Origin: Octopus bimaculoides
Taxonomy: Eukaryota
Direction: 5' to 3'
NCBI RefSeq assembly: GCF_001194135.2
Contig: NC_068984.1
Span: 118,935,777 to 118,979,213, forward strand
DNA length: 43,437 bases
A program made the position numbers and the translations under genes. The notes under the pieces are model-generated. The model worked only from the letters and a program-made list of their open reading frames with translations. It had not been told where the DNA came from and searched no databases. Shown here piece by piece: positions 10,940 to 21,720 of this stretch (position 1 is the first letter of the stretch; every line of letters starts with the position of its first letter).

Positions 10940-11710
10940 CAGGTGTGGTTGTGTGGCTAAGAAGCTTGCTTCCCAACCAGGTGGCTCTGAGTTCAGTTCC
11001 ACTGTGTGACACTTTGGACAAGTGTCTTCTACTATAGCCCTAGGCTGACCAAAGCCTTGTGAGAGGATTTAATAGATGGAAACTGAAAGAAGACCATTGT
11101 GTAATGTATATGTATGTATATGTGCACATGTATATATGTATGTGTGGAGGCATAATGGCCCAGTGGTTAGGGCAGTCGACTTGCGGTCGGGGGATCGCAG
11201 TTTCAATTCCCAGACCGAAAACACCTAAAACTCCATGAGGCTCCGGCAGGGGGTAGTGGCGACCCCTGTCGTACTCTTTCGCCCCCAACTTTCTCTCACT
11301 CTTTCTTCCTGTTTCTTGAGTAAAGCTGCGATGGACTGCCGTCCCGTCCAGCTGGGGGGAACACATACGCCATAGAAACCGGAAAACCAGGCCCATGAGC
11401 TTGGCTAGGCTTTAAAAAGGGCACATAAATGAATAAAAATATATGTATGTATATAAGTGTGTGTGAGTGTGTTTACGTATACCCCTGTCTTGATGTCTTA
11501 TGATGGTTGTAAGCTAGCATTGATATGATGTTCATTTCCAGTCTTCCATGAGCATTATGTGAGGCCATATTGAAATAAAAACCTTGTTTGGAAACAGGCG
11601 ATGTGTCTGGCAACAAGGCATTTGTTGACAGGAAGAGTATCTGGTTGTAGAAAACCTTCCACAACAAATCCCATCTGATCCAAATGAACATGCTAAAACA
11701 ACAATAATGA
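10940..11710 (+). mobile_element. Composite SINE (head B, microsatellite linker, tail E) interrupted by another SINE
   Basis: Head ggtgtggttgtgtggctaagaagcttgcttcc...gacactttggacaagtgtcttctactatagcc (CORE-like); tail ggaaacaggcga..tggcaacaagg...aggaagagtatctggttgtagaaa...; uninterrupted equivalent at 21283-21720. Confidence 0.7.
11144..11438 (+). mobile_element. tRNA-headed SINE: family A head and body with a different 3' tail; 12-bp TSD
   Basis: gtggaggcataatggcccagtggttagggc...gtttcaattcccagacc. TSD ATATATGTATGT at 11132-11143 and 11439-11450. Confidence 0.8.
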
Positions 11711-11960
11711 TGGTGGTGCTGGTGGTGGCAGAGGCGGTGACAGCAGTGACATGGTGGGGGTGCTGGTGGTGGTGATGCTGATGATGAGAACAATGAAGAC
11801 GCTGCTGCTGCTACTGCTGCTGCTGATAAAGATGATGATGGTCTTGCCGGTGGTAGTGGTGGTAGTGATGATGACGATAATGATAATGCTTATGATGATG
11901 GTAATGAGGAGGAGGAGGAGGAGGAGGGGATGATGATGATGATGATGAGGAGGAGGAGGA
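11700..11960. repeat. Compound trinucleotide tract (GGT/GAT/GCT/GAG)n; (ATT)n/(AGT)n/(ATC)n continue at 12886-13075
   Basis: Direct inspection. Confidence 0.9.
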
Positions 11961-12885
11961 NNNNNNNNNNNNNNNNNNNNNNNNNNNNNNNNNNNNNNNN
12001 NNNNNNNNNNNNNNNNNNNNNNNNNNNNNNNNNNNNNNNNNNNNNNNNNNNNNNNNNNNNNNNNNNNNNNNNNNNNNNNNNNNNNNNNNNNNNNNNNNNN
12101 NNNNNNNNNNNNNNNNNNNNNNNNNNNNNNNNNNNNNNNNNNNNNNNNNNNNNNNNNNNNNNNNNNNNNNNNNNNNNNNNNNNNNNNNNNNNNNNNNNNN
12201 NNNNNNNNNNNNNNNNNNNNNNNNNNNNNNNNNNNNNNNNNNNNNNNNNNNNNNNNNNNNNNNNNNNNNNNNNNNNNNNNNNNNNNNNNNNNNNNNNNNN
12301 NNNNNNNNNNNNNNNNNNNNNNNNNNNNNNNNNNNNNNNNNNNNNNNNNNNNNNNNNNNNNNNNNNNNNNNNNNNNNNNNNNNNNNNNNNNNNNNNNNNN
12401 NNNNNNNNNNNNNNNNNNNNNNNNNNNNNNNNNNNNNNNNNNNNNNNNNNNNNNNNNNNNNNNNNNNNNNNNNNNNNNNNNNNNNNNNNNNNNNNNNNNN
12501 NNNNNNNNNNNNNNNNNNNNNNNNNNNNNNNNNNNNNNNNNNNNNNNNNNNNNNNNNNNNNNNNNNNNNNNNNNNNNNNNNNNNNNNNNNNNNNNNNNNN
12601 NNNNNNNNNNNNNNNNNNNNNNNNNNNNNNNNNNNNNNNNNNNNNNNNNNNNNNNNNNNNNNNNNNNNNNNNNNNNNNNNNNNNNNNNNNNNNNNNNNNN
12701 NNNNNNNNNNNNNNNNNNNNNNNNNNNNNNNNNNNNNNNNNNNNNNNNNNNNNNNNNNNNNNNNNNNNNNNNNNNNNNNNNNNNNNNNNNNNNNNNNNNN
12801 NNNNNNNNNNNNNNNNNNNNNNNNNNNNNNNNNNNNNNNNNNNNNNNNNNNNNNNNNNNNNNNNNNNNNNNNNNNNNNNNNNNNN
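11961..12885. other. Assembly gap
   Basis: N characters. Confidence 0.99.
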
Positions 12886-12921
12886 GTGGTGGTGTTGGTG
12901 GTGTTGGTGCTGTTATAGAAA

Positions 12922-12963
<42 letters not shown>

Positions 12964-13323
12964 TAATAATATTAGTAGTAGTAGTAGTAGTAGTATATTA
13001 AAAGAAATCATCATCATCATCATCACATCATTATCATCATCATCATTGTCATCATTGTCATTATCACTGCCATTATGATGCCTTCCAGCATTTTTGTGTG
13101 AATTTATGCTACACCACCAGATGCACCTCTGTTTTCTTGATTTATGAGCAACTTTCTTGTCATTTAGCAATGTAGTGGAGTTGTGTTTGTCTGTTACATC
13201 TGTTTTTATGTTGTTGTTTTTTGTGGTTGTTTACTATATGGGTTTGCTTTGGTCTGGTGGAAGACACTGTGCCCATCACCAGTGGGACTGATGAAATCAT
13301 CAAAGTTAATCATCATCAAAGTT

Positions 13324-13324
<1 letters not shown>

Positions 13325-13356
<32 letters not shown>

Positions 13357-13600
13357 TGTTGTCATCATTGTTTAACATCTGTATTCCAGGCTGGCATAGG
13401 TTGGATGATTCAACAAGATCTGACTTGCCTAAGGACTATGTTGGTCTCCATTATCTGCTTTGGCAAGATTTCCAAGGCTGGATCCCCTTTTTAATGCCAA
13501 CTACTTTACAGAGTGTACAGGGGGTATTTTTCATGATGCTCACCAACATTAGTGAGGTCACTAAGTAACATGTAAGGCAAGCTCTCCAGACAGCAAGTGG
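13325..13600 (-). mobile_element. Family D element; further copies at ~13958-14160 and ~14185-14250
   Basis: (TCA)n, then gtttaacatc...ggctggatcccc...taatgccaactactttacagagtg. Confidence 0.65.
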
Positions 13601-13648
13601 GTACAGTATTGAGGGTGGTGGAATTATGCCATGCTAGAGAGGTGTCTC

Positions 13649-13877
13649 TTAACCCTTTAGTGTTCACATTATTCTGCCAAAATTGATGCTTTTTTATCCA
13701 CATTGCTTTGAACTAATCATGCATTATCTTGTAGCTATGAGATTTTGATAAGGTAGCTACTAATTTTTAAAACGATATTGTAGGGTTGGTGTGAGAGACC
13801 AGATCTGGTCAGTTCTAACATAAAACAGGCAGGATACTTTTGGCCGGATATGGCCGGTTTAAATGCTAAAGGGTTAA
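13649..13877 (-). mobile_element. Intact piggyBac-like MITE (family G), 221 bp between TTAA duplications
   Basis: TTAA|CCCTTTAG at 13649-13660 and CTAAAGGG|TTAA at 13866-13877; no coding capacity. Confidence 0.85.
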
Positions 13878-16468
13878 ATAGTTGCAAGTTGATGGCTGAA
13901 AGGGGAAAACATGAGCAAAGAGAAAATTCCAGAGGATCAACAACCTGGGGGGACAATCATCATTCATTATTATTTAACATCTATCTTTCATGCTGGCATG
14001 GGTTGGATGGCTTAACAGGAGCTAGAAAACCAAAGGACTGCACCGAGCTCCATTGTCTGTTTTGGCATGGTTTTCATGACTGGACACCCTTCCTAATGTC
14101 AACCACTTTACAGTGCTGATTGGCTGCTTTTCATGTGGCATCAGCACTGGTGAGGTCTGTTTTGAAATGTTTTTTAAGGTTAGGTGCCCTTCCTAATGCC
14201 CCAACCATTTTACAGAGTGGGTTGGGTGCTTTTTACATGATACCAGCATGGACTGGATATATTGGTTAGAGCAGGGCTTTGGGAATAGACTCAAGGTAGA
14301 TAAAGAATGGAAGAGAGATAAGTAAGTCAGAATTGTTTGAGTAGAAGTGGCATCAATGAACAAGTCAACAATATGGAGCAGAAGCCACAGTAGTAGTGGT
14401 AAAACAAACAGGAGGAGAAGACAGTATGTCTGTGCAGTGGTGTAGCTAGAGTGTGTGCTAACCAGGGAAGCTCTTGATTTTGCCATCCCAAGTCCTCCTG
14501 ATCCCCAAACCTATAAGGTTTATACAGCAAACCAAAAAGAGTCATGCCTCATAAAAGCTTTACCCACTGTTCCCGAATCCAAGCTACACTACTGCATCTG
14601 TGGTCCAAGGGCTGGAAAGTGTTGGTGAGTGACTTCATACCAATTAGTTGAGAACCCATTTAGGGAATTTTGGTTAGCTTTTGTCTATGAGTGTGTGTGT
14701 TAATGTTTCATCCATTTGTTGTGTAGGGCATGTACAAAATGTGTGTTGCATTACTGGCAGAATCTTTAGGGTGTTGGACAAAATACAGTGTGGTATTTGT
14801 TTCATTTTTTCACATTTGACATTCAAATCCTGCTAAAGTCAATTATGTCTTTCATCCTTCTGGAATCAATATAAGAATGTGCCAGTCAATGTACCCTATC
14901 TACAGTCAATGCACCCTATTTGATGGCATAAATAACACCTAGGAATATTAGCTGCATCCCAATTTCCACGGTACATATTCAGTGTAAGGGACAAAACTTT
15001 TTGTAGGAAGCTCAACTTTGCATATGAGATGTGGGGATATAATTTGAGACACTGCCTTTGCATTAAAAAAAAGCATCTTATACACCATCAAATACAGTAA
15101 TTAACTAATTGACTAATTTCCTACCCACGAAAAATTTTTGGCCTTGTGCCTAAATTAGAAGCAATTAATTTGGGGAGGATGGTGGTGTCTGTGTTTTGTA
15201 TGAATTGTGTGAAGTATGTTTTACTCACAGGTGGGGAGCGATGATTATGTGAAGAACGTGCAGCATGGATTACGTGGGTTGTGTTCTGTAATTAGGTGGC
15301 AATTATGTAGAATGTGAATTGCTCATGGTGTTTGAGACATGTTATAGTATCAGGTGCCTATTATGTAAGAGTATCTGTGGTGTTATTTTAATGGGTAGTG
15401 ATAATGTAGATTATGTGTTGTGCAAGTTGTGTTATATTATCTAGTGATATTATTGATACTGTTATTATGTATCAGTAAAGCGGTGAACTGGTAAAATTGG
15501 TAGAGTGTCAGAAAATACTTACCAACATTGCTTCTGGTTCTTTAAGTTCTGAGTTTAAATTTTGCTGCAGTTCGTTTAGTTTATCTTTTTATTCCAGTTA
15601 AGAACTGAGGATGATGCAATCAACCAAATTCTGCCACACACATTCGCACACACACACAAAATTGCTGGCCTTGTGCCAAAATTTGAAACCATTATATATC
15701 AGGAAGTGCACTGAAAGAATGCTCACAGTGTCAGATGAAATGCTTTGTGGTATTTTTTTTTAGACTCTTTGCATTCCAGATACCATTTTTCTTAAGCACC
15801 ACTTGGACAATATTATGTGAATGAAGACACTATTATTGTTGATATTGTTGTTTAACCACGTGTCAGTCTTGACTGAGCACACTTACGATTAAATGCATTC
15901 CAGACATGATTATCCCATCATTTTATATATCAGGGAATACATTTTCTCAAATATCATTTGTTATTTAAAGCGTGTTCTGCTATTTCTATTAAAGTGAGCA
16001 GCCAGACCCTTTCATAGCATAGTTGTATCTAATGTAAACAAGGAATACTCACAGAAAGACTGGTTGCTAACCTCAGTTTAACCCTCATCAAACAGATCTA
16101 TAATCAAAGGCATTCCAGTTGTGACTATCCCATCTCTCTCCTCCAGGTACAGGGTACCCACAACCACATTGTCCTTTATGTTCATATTTTCTGAGACAGC
16201 AGGCTGTAATTTGAAGGATATTTGGTTGCTATTTCTAGCAGGGCAGATGTCTGTGAAGAGGTTCCCTCTAGGGAGAAATCGTAGTTGCAGCAGATTTGAG
16301 ATGAGTTCACTGCCTAGTATCAAAAAAGTTTGGTACAAACAAGACAGTATGCCTTGCCTAAATAAAACTTTGTAATCCCAAGGTTCTGAGTTCAGTCCCA
16401 CAGCATGACACCGAGGATTGACTAATATTTTAAAAGTGGAATATGGTTGACAGAAACTATGACAAAAC

Positions 16469-16512
<44 letters not shown>

Positions 16513-17179
16513 TGTACATATATGTGTCTATGTACTTGGTTATATGTGTATGTGTGTAACTGCGTGTGATTTTGGTGTTTGTAAGTATGCATGGGCATGT
16601 CTGTATGTATGAATAAGTGTGTGGTGTGTCTGTGTGAGTGTCTATGTGTGTGGGCGGCTGGGGTGTTTGGGTAGGTGGGTGATTGTGTGGGTGTTTGAGT
16701 CTTGTTGATTGTGTCCGTGTTTGTGTTTAAACACTGGTTAAAACAAATCTGGCATTGTATCAATAAAAGTTTTTCTTAGTTGCTCAATAAAAACGAATCA
16801 ATGAAATAAATATCAAACTACTAAACTCAGACAAGTGCTGGGATTTGTAATGATCAGCTAAAACCCTGCAATATAGTGCTCCAGCATGACCACATTCCAG
16901 TCAATAAAACCAATAAAAGAATTCTAGAATAGGCAATATTCCTAACAGTTCTATGTTAGACCCATTCTCAACAAGCCCAACACTTTTCATACCAAGCTGC
17001 CTGTGACTGATATGATACAAGCATTTTGCTTTAAAATGATCTAAATCAGCAATTCTTAACCATTTTTTATGTCTGTGGACCCCTTTGATTCCTATTTATT
17101 CTACTAGACTCCCATAGTCATTTGAAGTTTTTAAAAATCCCATTATATTTTTATATTAACAATAATAATAATAATAATA

Positions 17180-17650
17180 ACAATGGGCTACAGCAAATAT
17201 TCTGCTTAATACCACAGATTTGCTTGTCAGTTGTTTGACCTTAACCAGTTGAGCATGTCCCTTGGTGGCTGATGATATGTGCATCTCTGATCATGAGCAG
17301 AAGTAGTGGGGGAGCATCATATCATAGTGCTGAGAGAAATTTTGGGGGGTTTGGATAATTCACCTTTGGAAACATGGATGTTTCATTCAACATCCTTAAA
17401 CAACCCCTATTCAGGGACCTTTTGAGCAGGGTGGGCTATCTGAAGAAAATTCTAACTGGGCCCCACCTGCAAGGTCATGCGCTGTTTATCTTGATACAAG
17501 ATCACCATGCTGCGCACATATGGTTGTGATGCATGTGCCTGGTGTACCCTTATCAGACGGGTAGTCATGATGGGTATACTGGGCTTCGTATATTTTACCC
17601 CAGTGTCACTTTGATAGCATGCACTGCTCTCTCACTCAATAATAATAATA
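17180..17650 (-). mobile_element. Full-length family J element bounded on both sides by (AAT)n; probable SINE or non-autonomous partner of an R4/Dong element
   Basis: (AAT)n at 17160-17180 and 17638-17658; partial copy at 10385-10560. Orientation and partner LINE are inferred. Confidence 0.6.
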
Positions 17651-17689
17651 ATGATAATAATGCCACTGAATCACTATTATTAGAAGTAG

Positions 17690-17915
17690 GAAAGTCAGGC
17701 TTGTGTAGGATGAAAGATTGCAAAGATAAAGCACAATACAAGAAATTGAAAACAAATGAAACTGAAAATAGGTGGGGAAAGAAAAGATTGCATGGTCAAT
17801 TTCATAGGGATGTTGACAGACAGAGAAAAAAGATGGCTGTGGATGACTAAAAGTGATTTAAAACCAGAAACAGAGGCCCTAATCTGTGCTGCCCAAGAGC
17901 AAGCACTAAGAACAA
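17690..17915 (+). mobile_element. R4/Dong-clade non-LTR retrotransposon ORF fragment
   Basis: Frames read W-GKKRLHGQFHRDVD...WLWMTKSDLKPETEALICAAQEQALRT, the segment preceding the zinc knuckle in R4/Dong-type RLE elements. Confidence 0.75.
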
Positions 17916-18148
17916 CTGCCAGCTCACTGTGGAATATAACAAAATGGTTAAGAGATAGTTAAGTTGTTAGCTTAACTATTCAAGGTACCTTTGGTGGCAT
18001 TTGGGCTCAACACCTATGATGCTATGATAAATTGTCCAATCAATAGCTTTATGTTGGAGATTTAAAAAAAAGGGATATTTTTCTCCTTAAATCATCATCA
18101 AATAGAATATTAAATTTTTTTTGTTAATTTCTCCTTTGAGTGAATGTG

Positions 18149-18189
<41 letters not shown>

Positions 18190-18532
18190 NNNNNNNNNNN
18201 NNNNNNNNNNNNNNNNNNNNNNNNNNNNNNNNNNNNNNNNNNNNNNNNNNNNNNNNNNNNNNNNNNNNNNNNNNNNNNNNNNNNNNNNNNNNNNNNNNNN
18301 NNNNNNNNNNNNNNNNNNNNNNNNNNNNNNNNNNNNNNNNNNNNNNNNNNNNNNNNNNNNNNNNNNNNNNNNNNNNNNNNNNNNNNNNNNNNNNNNNNNN
18401 NNNNNNNNNNNNNNNNNNNNNNNNNNNNNNNNNNNNNNNNNNNNNNNNNNNNNNNNNNNNNNNNNNNNNNNNNNNNNNNNNNNNNNNNNNNNNNNNNNNN
18501 NNNNNNNNNNNNNNNNNNNNNNNNNNNNNNNN
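18190..18532. other. Assembly gap after a (TG)n tract
   Basis: N characters. Confidence 0.99.
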
Positions 18533-18872
18533 CATGACACTTGGCTATCTTTCCGAAGAGATAATCACATCTGACTGTTCCGGCTGATGTTGTTGTTTAA
18601 CCTCGAGTCAGCATTGATTGAATAAACCTATGATCAAAAGCACATTTCATCCTATCATGATCATCCTTGTTTTCATTTTTTTTTTTTTATTCTTTAGGAT
18701 CTTAGGACAATGCTTTTTAAATGGATTTTTGTAGATAGCAACTGTAGGAAGTGAAGTTAATTGCCACATCAACATGGCTGTTCAATGCTACTACTTTTTT
18801 AACCCCAAGCAGATCTTCTACAGATCTGCTGCCTGCATCTTGTATATATTGCAAATAGGGGAATGAACCACT

Positions 18873-18970
18873 ACCATCCTCCAGCAGACAATGGGGCCAT
18901 GAGACCGACTCAGTTTCAGGCTATTTCTGCCCATCCTCAGTTATAAACACCCGGCTGCCAGAGGGATGGC
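18873..18970 (-). ncRNA. Type I hammerhead ribozyme, copy 1 (core 18897-18946; predicted cleavage after GUC between 18903 and 18902)
   Basis: Minus strand: UUAUAA-CUGAGGA-U-GGGC-AGAAAUA-GCCU-GAAAC-UGAGUCG-GUC|UCAUGG. Catalytic core intact; proximal stem I has one mismatch; distal stem CCUCUGGCAG/CUGCUGGAGG. Confidence 0.75.
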
Positions 18971-19226
18971 CAGAGTCCACTCCACCTCACAATATAATAT
19001 AAACAAAGTGATCGTCAGTCACTGATTTGCAATAAGTAAAGTAGCCAGTTGGAAAATCTCAATAACAGATGAGAGTAGTAACTATACTGACAACTAAGGT
19101 TAATTGTCACATCAACATGGTTGTTTGATGTCATTACCATTTTAACCCCAGGTGGATCTTCTACCAGCTGGTTATAGGTGCAGCCTGCACCTTGTATATA
19201 CTGCAAGCAGGGGAGCGAGCCCCTAC

Positions 19227-19319
19227 TATCCTCCAGTAGGCAATGGGATCATGAGACCGACTCAGTTTTGGGTTATTTCTGCCCATCCTCAGTCATGAAC
19301 ACCTGACTACTAGAGGGAT
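19227..19319 (-). ncRNA. Type I hammerhead ribozyme, copy 2 (core 19249-19298; predicted cleavage between 19255 and 19254); G12 mutated to A
   Basis: Minus strand: UCAUGA-CUGAGGA-U-GGGC-AGAAAUA-ACCC-AAAAC-UGAGUCG-GUC|UCAUGA. Perfect 6-bp proximal stem I; distal stem CCUCUAGUAG/CUACUGGAGG. The GAAA-to-AAAA change probably inactivates this copy. Confidence 0.7.
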
Positions 19320-19433
19320 TACCAGAGTCCACTCCGACTTGCAATATATATATATTGAGATTTTCCAGCTGGCTACTTTGCTTGTTGCAAATCAGTGATC
19401 AATGGTCACTTTGTTTACTATATATACACAACA

Positions 19434-19592
19434 GGCTTCTTTCAGTTTCTGTTTACCAAATTCACTTGCAAGGTTTGGGTCAGCCCAAGGCTATAGTAGA
19501 AGATCCTTGCTCAAGGTGCTGTGTAATGGGACTGAACCTGAAACCATGTGGTTGAGAAGCAAAGTTCTTTACCACACGGCCATGCCTGCACC
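19434..19592 (-). mobile_element. SINE head B; other copies at ~27040-27180(-), ~31783-31896(-), ~41610-41720(-)
   Basis: ggcttctttcagtttc.gtttaccaaatt.cact...ggctatagtagaaga...aaccatgtggttg...cttt accacac.gcc. Confidence 0.75.
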
Positions 19593-20228
19593 TTTAAAAA
19601 AACATTCCTTGAAGGAAATTCATAAGTTAAATATATAGAAGATGTGTATATTTTACTCCAGCATGAAATTCAAAACTTGAGACAGAATGCAATCAGTTAT
19701 ATTAACTCTGATACATGACTCCAGTATCTACAAATTAACACTAGGTTGATGAAAGACAAAGTTGGCTTTAACAGGATTTGAACTTAGAACACAAAGGGAC
19801 ATAACTAAATATCAGACATCATTAATTTCAATGTTCTACTGACTCAGCCATAATAATTTATTATATCGGTCGTTCTTTTTCATGTACTTTCCTCTTCTAA
19901 AACTGACTGGGTAGATATAAGATCTCTCAGAAGTGTGTTTATTGGGGGAACGTGATTGCAGCTTAGAGACTAAACAGTGAAGCATACGCTTCACTGGAAA
20001 TCACACATACACAAACAGACACATCAGACATGTTAGGAAAAGAGAGACAGACAGACAGAGAGAAATTTTACTTCTAATCTTAGATTTTGGTTAACTTCCC
20101 ATTTCTTCATGAGTCCATCTTGTAAACTTACTTGTGCCAATTCTTTGGAAACAAATTTTTACTTATTTCCAATGAATGAAAATATCTGTCTCTTATGTAA
20201 CAGTGTATTTTAAGGTGAAGAGAGGGAG

Positions 20229-20306
20229 GAAGGAAGGAAGGAAGGAAGGAAGGAAGGAAGGAAGGAAGGAAGGAAGGAAGGAAAAGAAAGAAAGAAAGAA
20301 AGAAAG
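20229..20306. repeat. (GGAA)n/(AAAG)n purine tract
   Basis: Direct inspection. Confidence 0.9.
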
Positions 20307-20689
20307 AGATCGAAGTGTAAGTAGGGAAATGGACAAGATGAAATAGGTAATTAAGAATGAAAAAGGAGAAGAAAAACCAAAAAGGAAGGAAAGAAGCAAA
20401 AGAAGATAAAAAGGAGAAGGAAAGAAGGAAAGAAGGAAAAATGAGAAAGAATAAAAGAGAAGATGTTATATTAACTTCTCACAATAGCACCAGACCACAA
20501 ATTTATAAGAAGGAAGTGGAGATAGTTGAATTGATCCCAGTATATATCTGGTACTTGGCATATTTCCTGGTCCATAAGACACATTTATTTCTTGAATAAA
20601 TCCCTACAAATCATCGTCTGACTTATTAAAAGGGTCAGTTTGCTGAGTGGAGTTTGGCAGCTGAATCTTCACTAGAACACAAGCCTTAT

Positions 20690-21180
20690 AATATTGGTTT
20701 CAAATTTTGGCAAAAAGTCAGCAATTTCGGAGGAGTAAGTCAATTATTGACCCCAGTGCTTGATTGGTACTTATTTTGTAACCCCGAAAGGATGAAAGGG
20801 CAGAATCTGACCTCAGCAGAATTTGAACTCAGAATGTAAAGACAGATGAAATGTCGCTAAGCATTTTGCCCAATGTGCTAAGAATTCTGCCAGCTTGCTG
20901 CCTTCCAGTCTTGTAATTTTGGTTTCAATTTTTGGCACAAGGTAAGTTGTCTGTCTTTATGTTCTCAGTTCAAATTCTGCCCTTTCATCCTTTCAGGGTT
21001 GATAGAATAACTTACCAAAATTTGAAACTCAAGTAGTACTTATTTTATTGACCCCAAAAAAAACGAAAGACAAAGTAACCTCAGTAGTATTTGAACTTAG
21101 ATTAGAAAGTAAAGACAGATAAAGTACAGCTAAGGCATTTTGCTTGGCAGGCTAGGCTAACAATTCTGCCAGCTCACCAT
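20690..21180 (-). mobile_element. Cluster of family F SINE copies; plus-strand copies at ~14745-14900, ~15475-15700, ~22200-22420, ~24130-24315
   Basis: ccccagtgct..attggtacttatttt..accccgaaaggatgaaagg...tttgaactcagaatgtaaagacagatgaaatg..gctaagcatttt...gattctgccagc. Confidence 0.7.
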
Positions 21181-21282
21181 CTTCCAGCCCTGAAATAAGG
21201 CTACAATTCATGTGTGATAAATATATCATAGTATTATGCTTACCAAATTTATTAAGCTTTATAATGTAATATAGGAAAAGGA

Positions 21283-21720
21283 GTGATAAGAAGGCTGATT
21301 CCCAACTGCATGGTCTCAGTCCCACTGCATGGCACATTGGGCAAGTGACTTCTACTATAGCCTTCAGTCAACTAAAGCTTTGTGAGTGTATTTGGCAGAA
21401 GGAAACCGAAAGAAGCCCATTGTGTTTGTGTGTATTTGAATGTGTGTTAAGTTTGTGTCCCCTTGTCTTGACATCATGTGTTAGTTGTAAAATGATTGTC
21501 ACAGTCATACAGGCAGAGTTACTCATTTCCAATATTTTGTGAGAACATATCTGGAATTGGGGAAGTATTACCTTACTTGGAAACAGGTGAGGGTTAGCAA
21601 CAGGAAGGGCATCTAGCCATAAAACATCTGCCACAATAAACTCCATCTGACAAATGCATGCATGGAAAAAAATGTATGTTAAAATGATAACAATGATGAT
21701 GATAATAATAATGATTACAA
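21283..21720 (+). mobile_element. Composite SINE B+E, uninterrupted
   Basis: Head gcacattgggcaagtgacttctactatagcc...gaaaccgaaagaagccc, then tail cttggaaacaggtgagggttagcaacaggaagggcatc...(TGA)n. Confidence 0.7.

Larger units (their letters stand above)
18731..19417 (-). mobile_element. Tandem ~350-bp hammerhead-bearing repeat (retrozyme-like or Penelope-derived), ~1.8 units plus a 65-bp inverted segment
   Basis: Direct repeats 18757-18995 and 19099-19350; inverted arms 19000-19064 and 19353-19417; one hammerhead core per unit, 352 nt apart. Confidence 0.75.
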
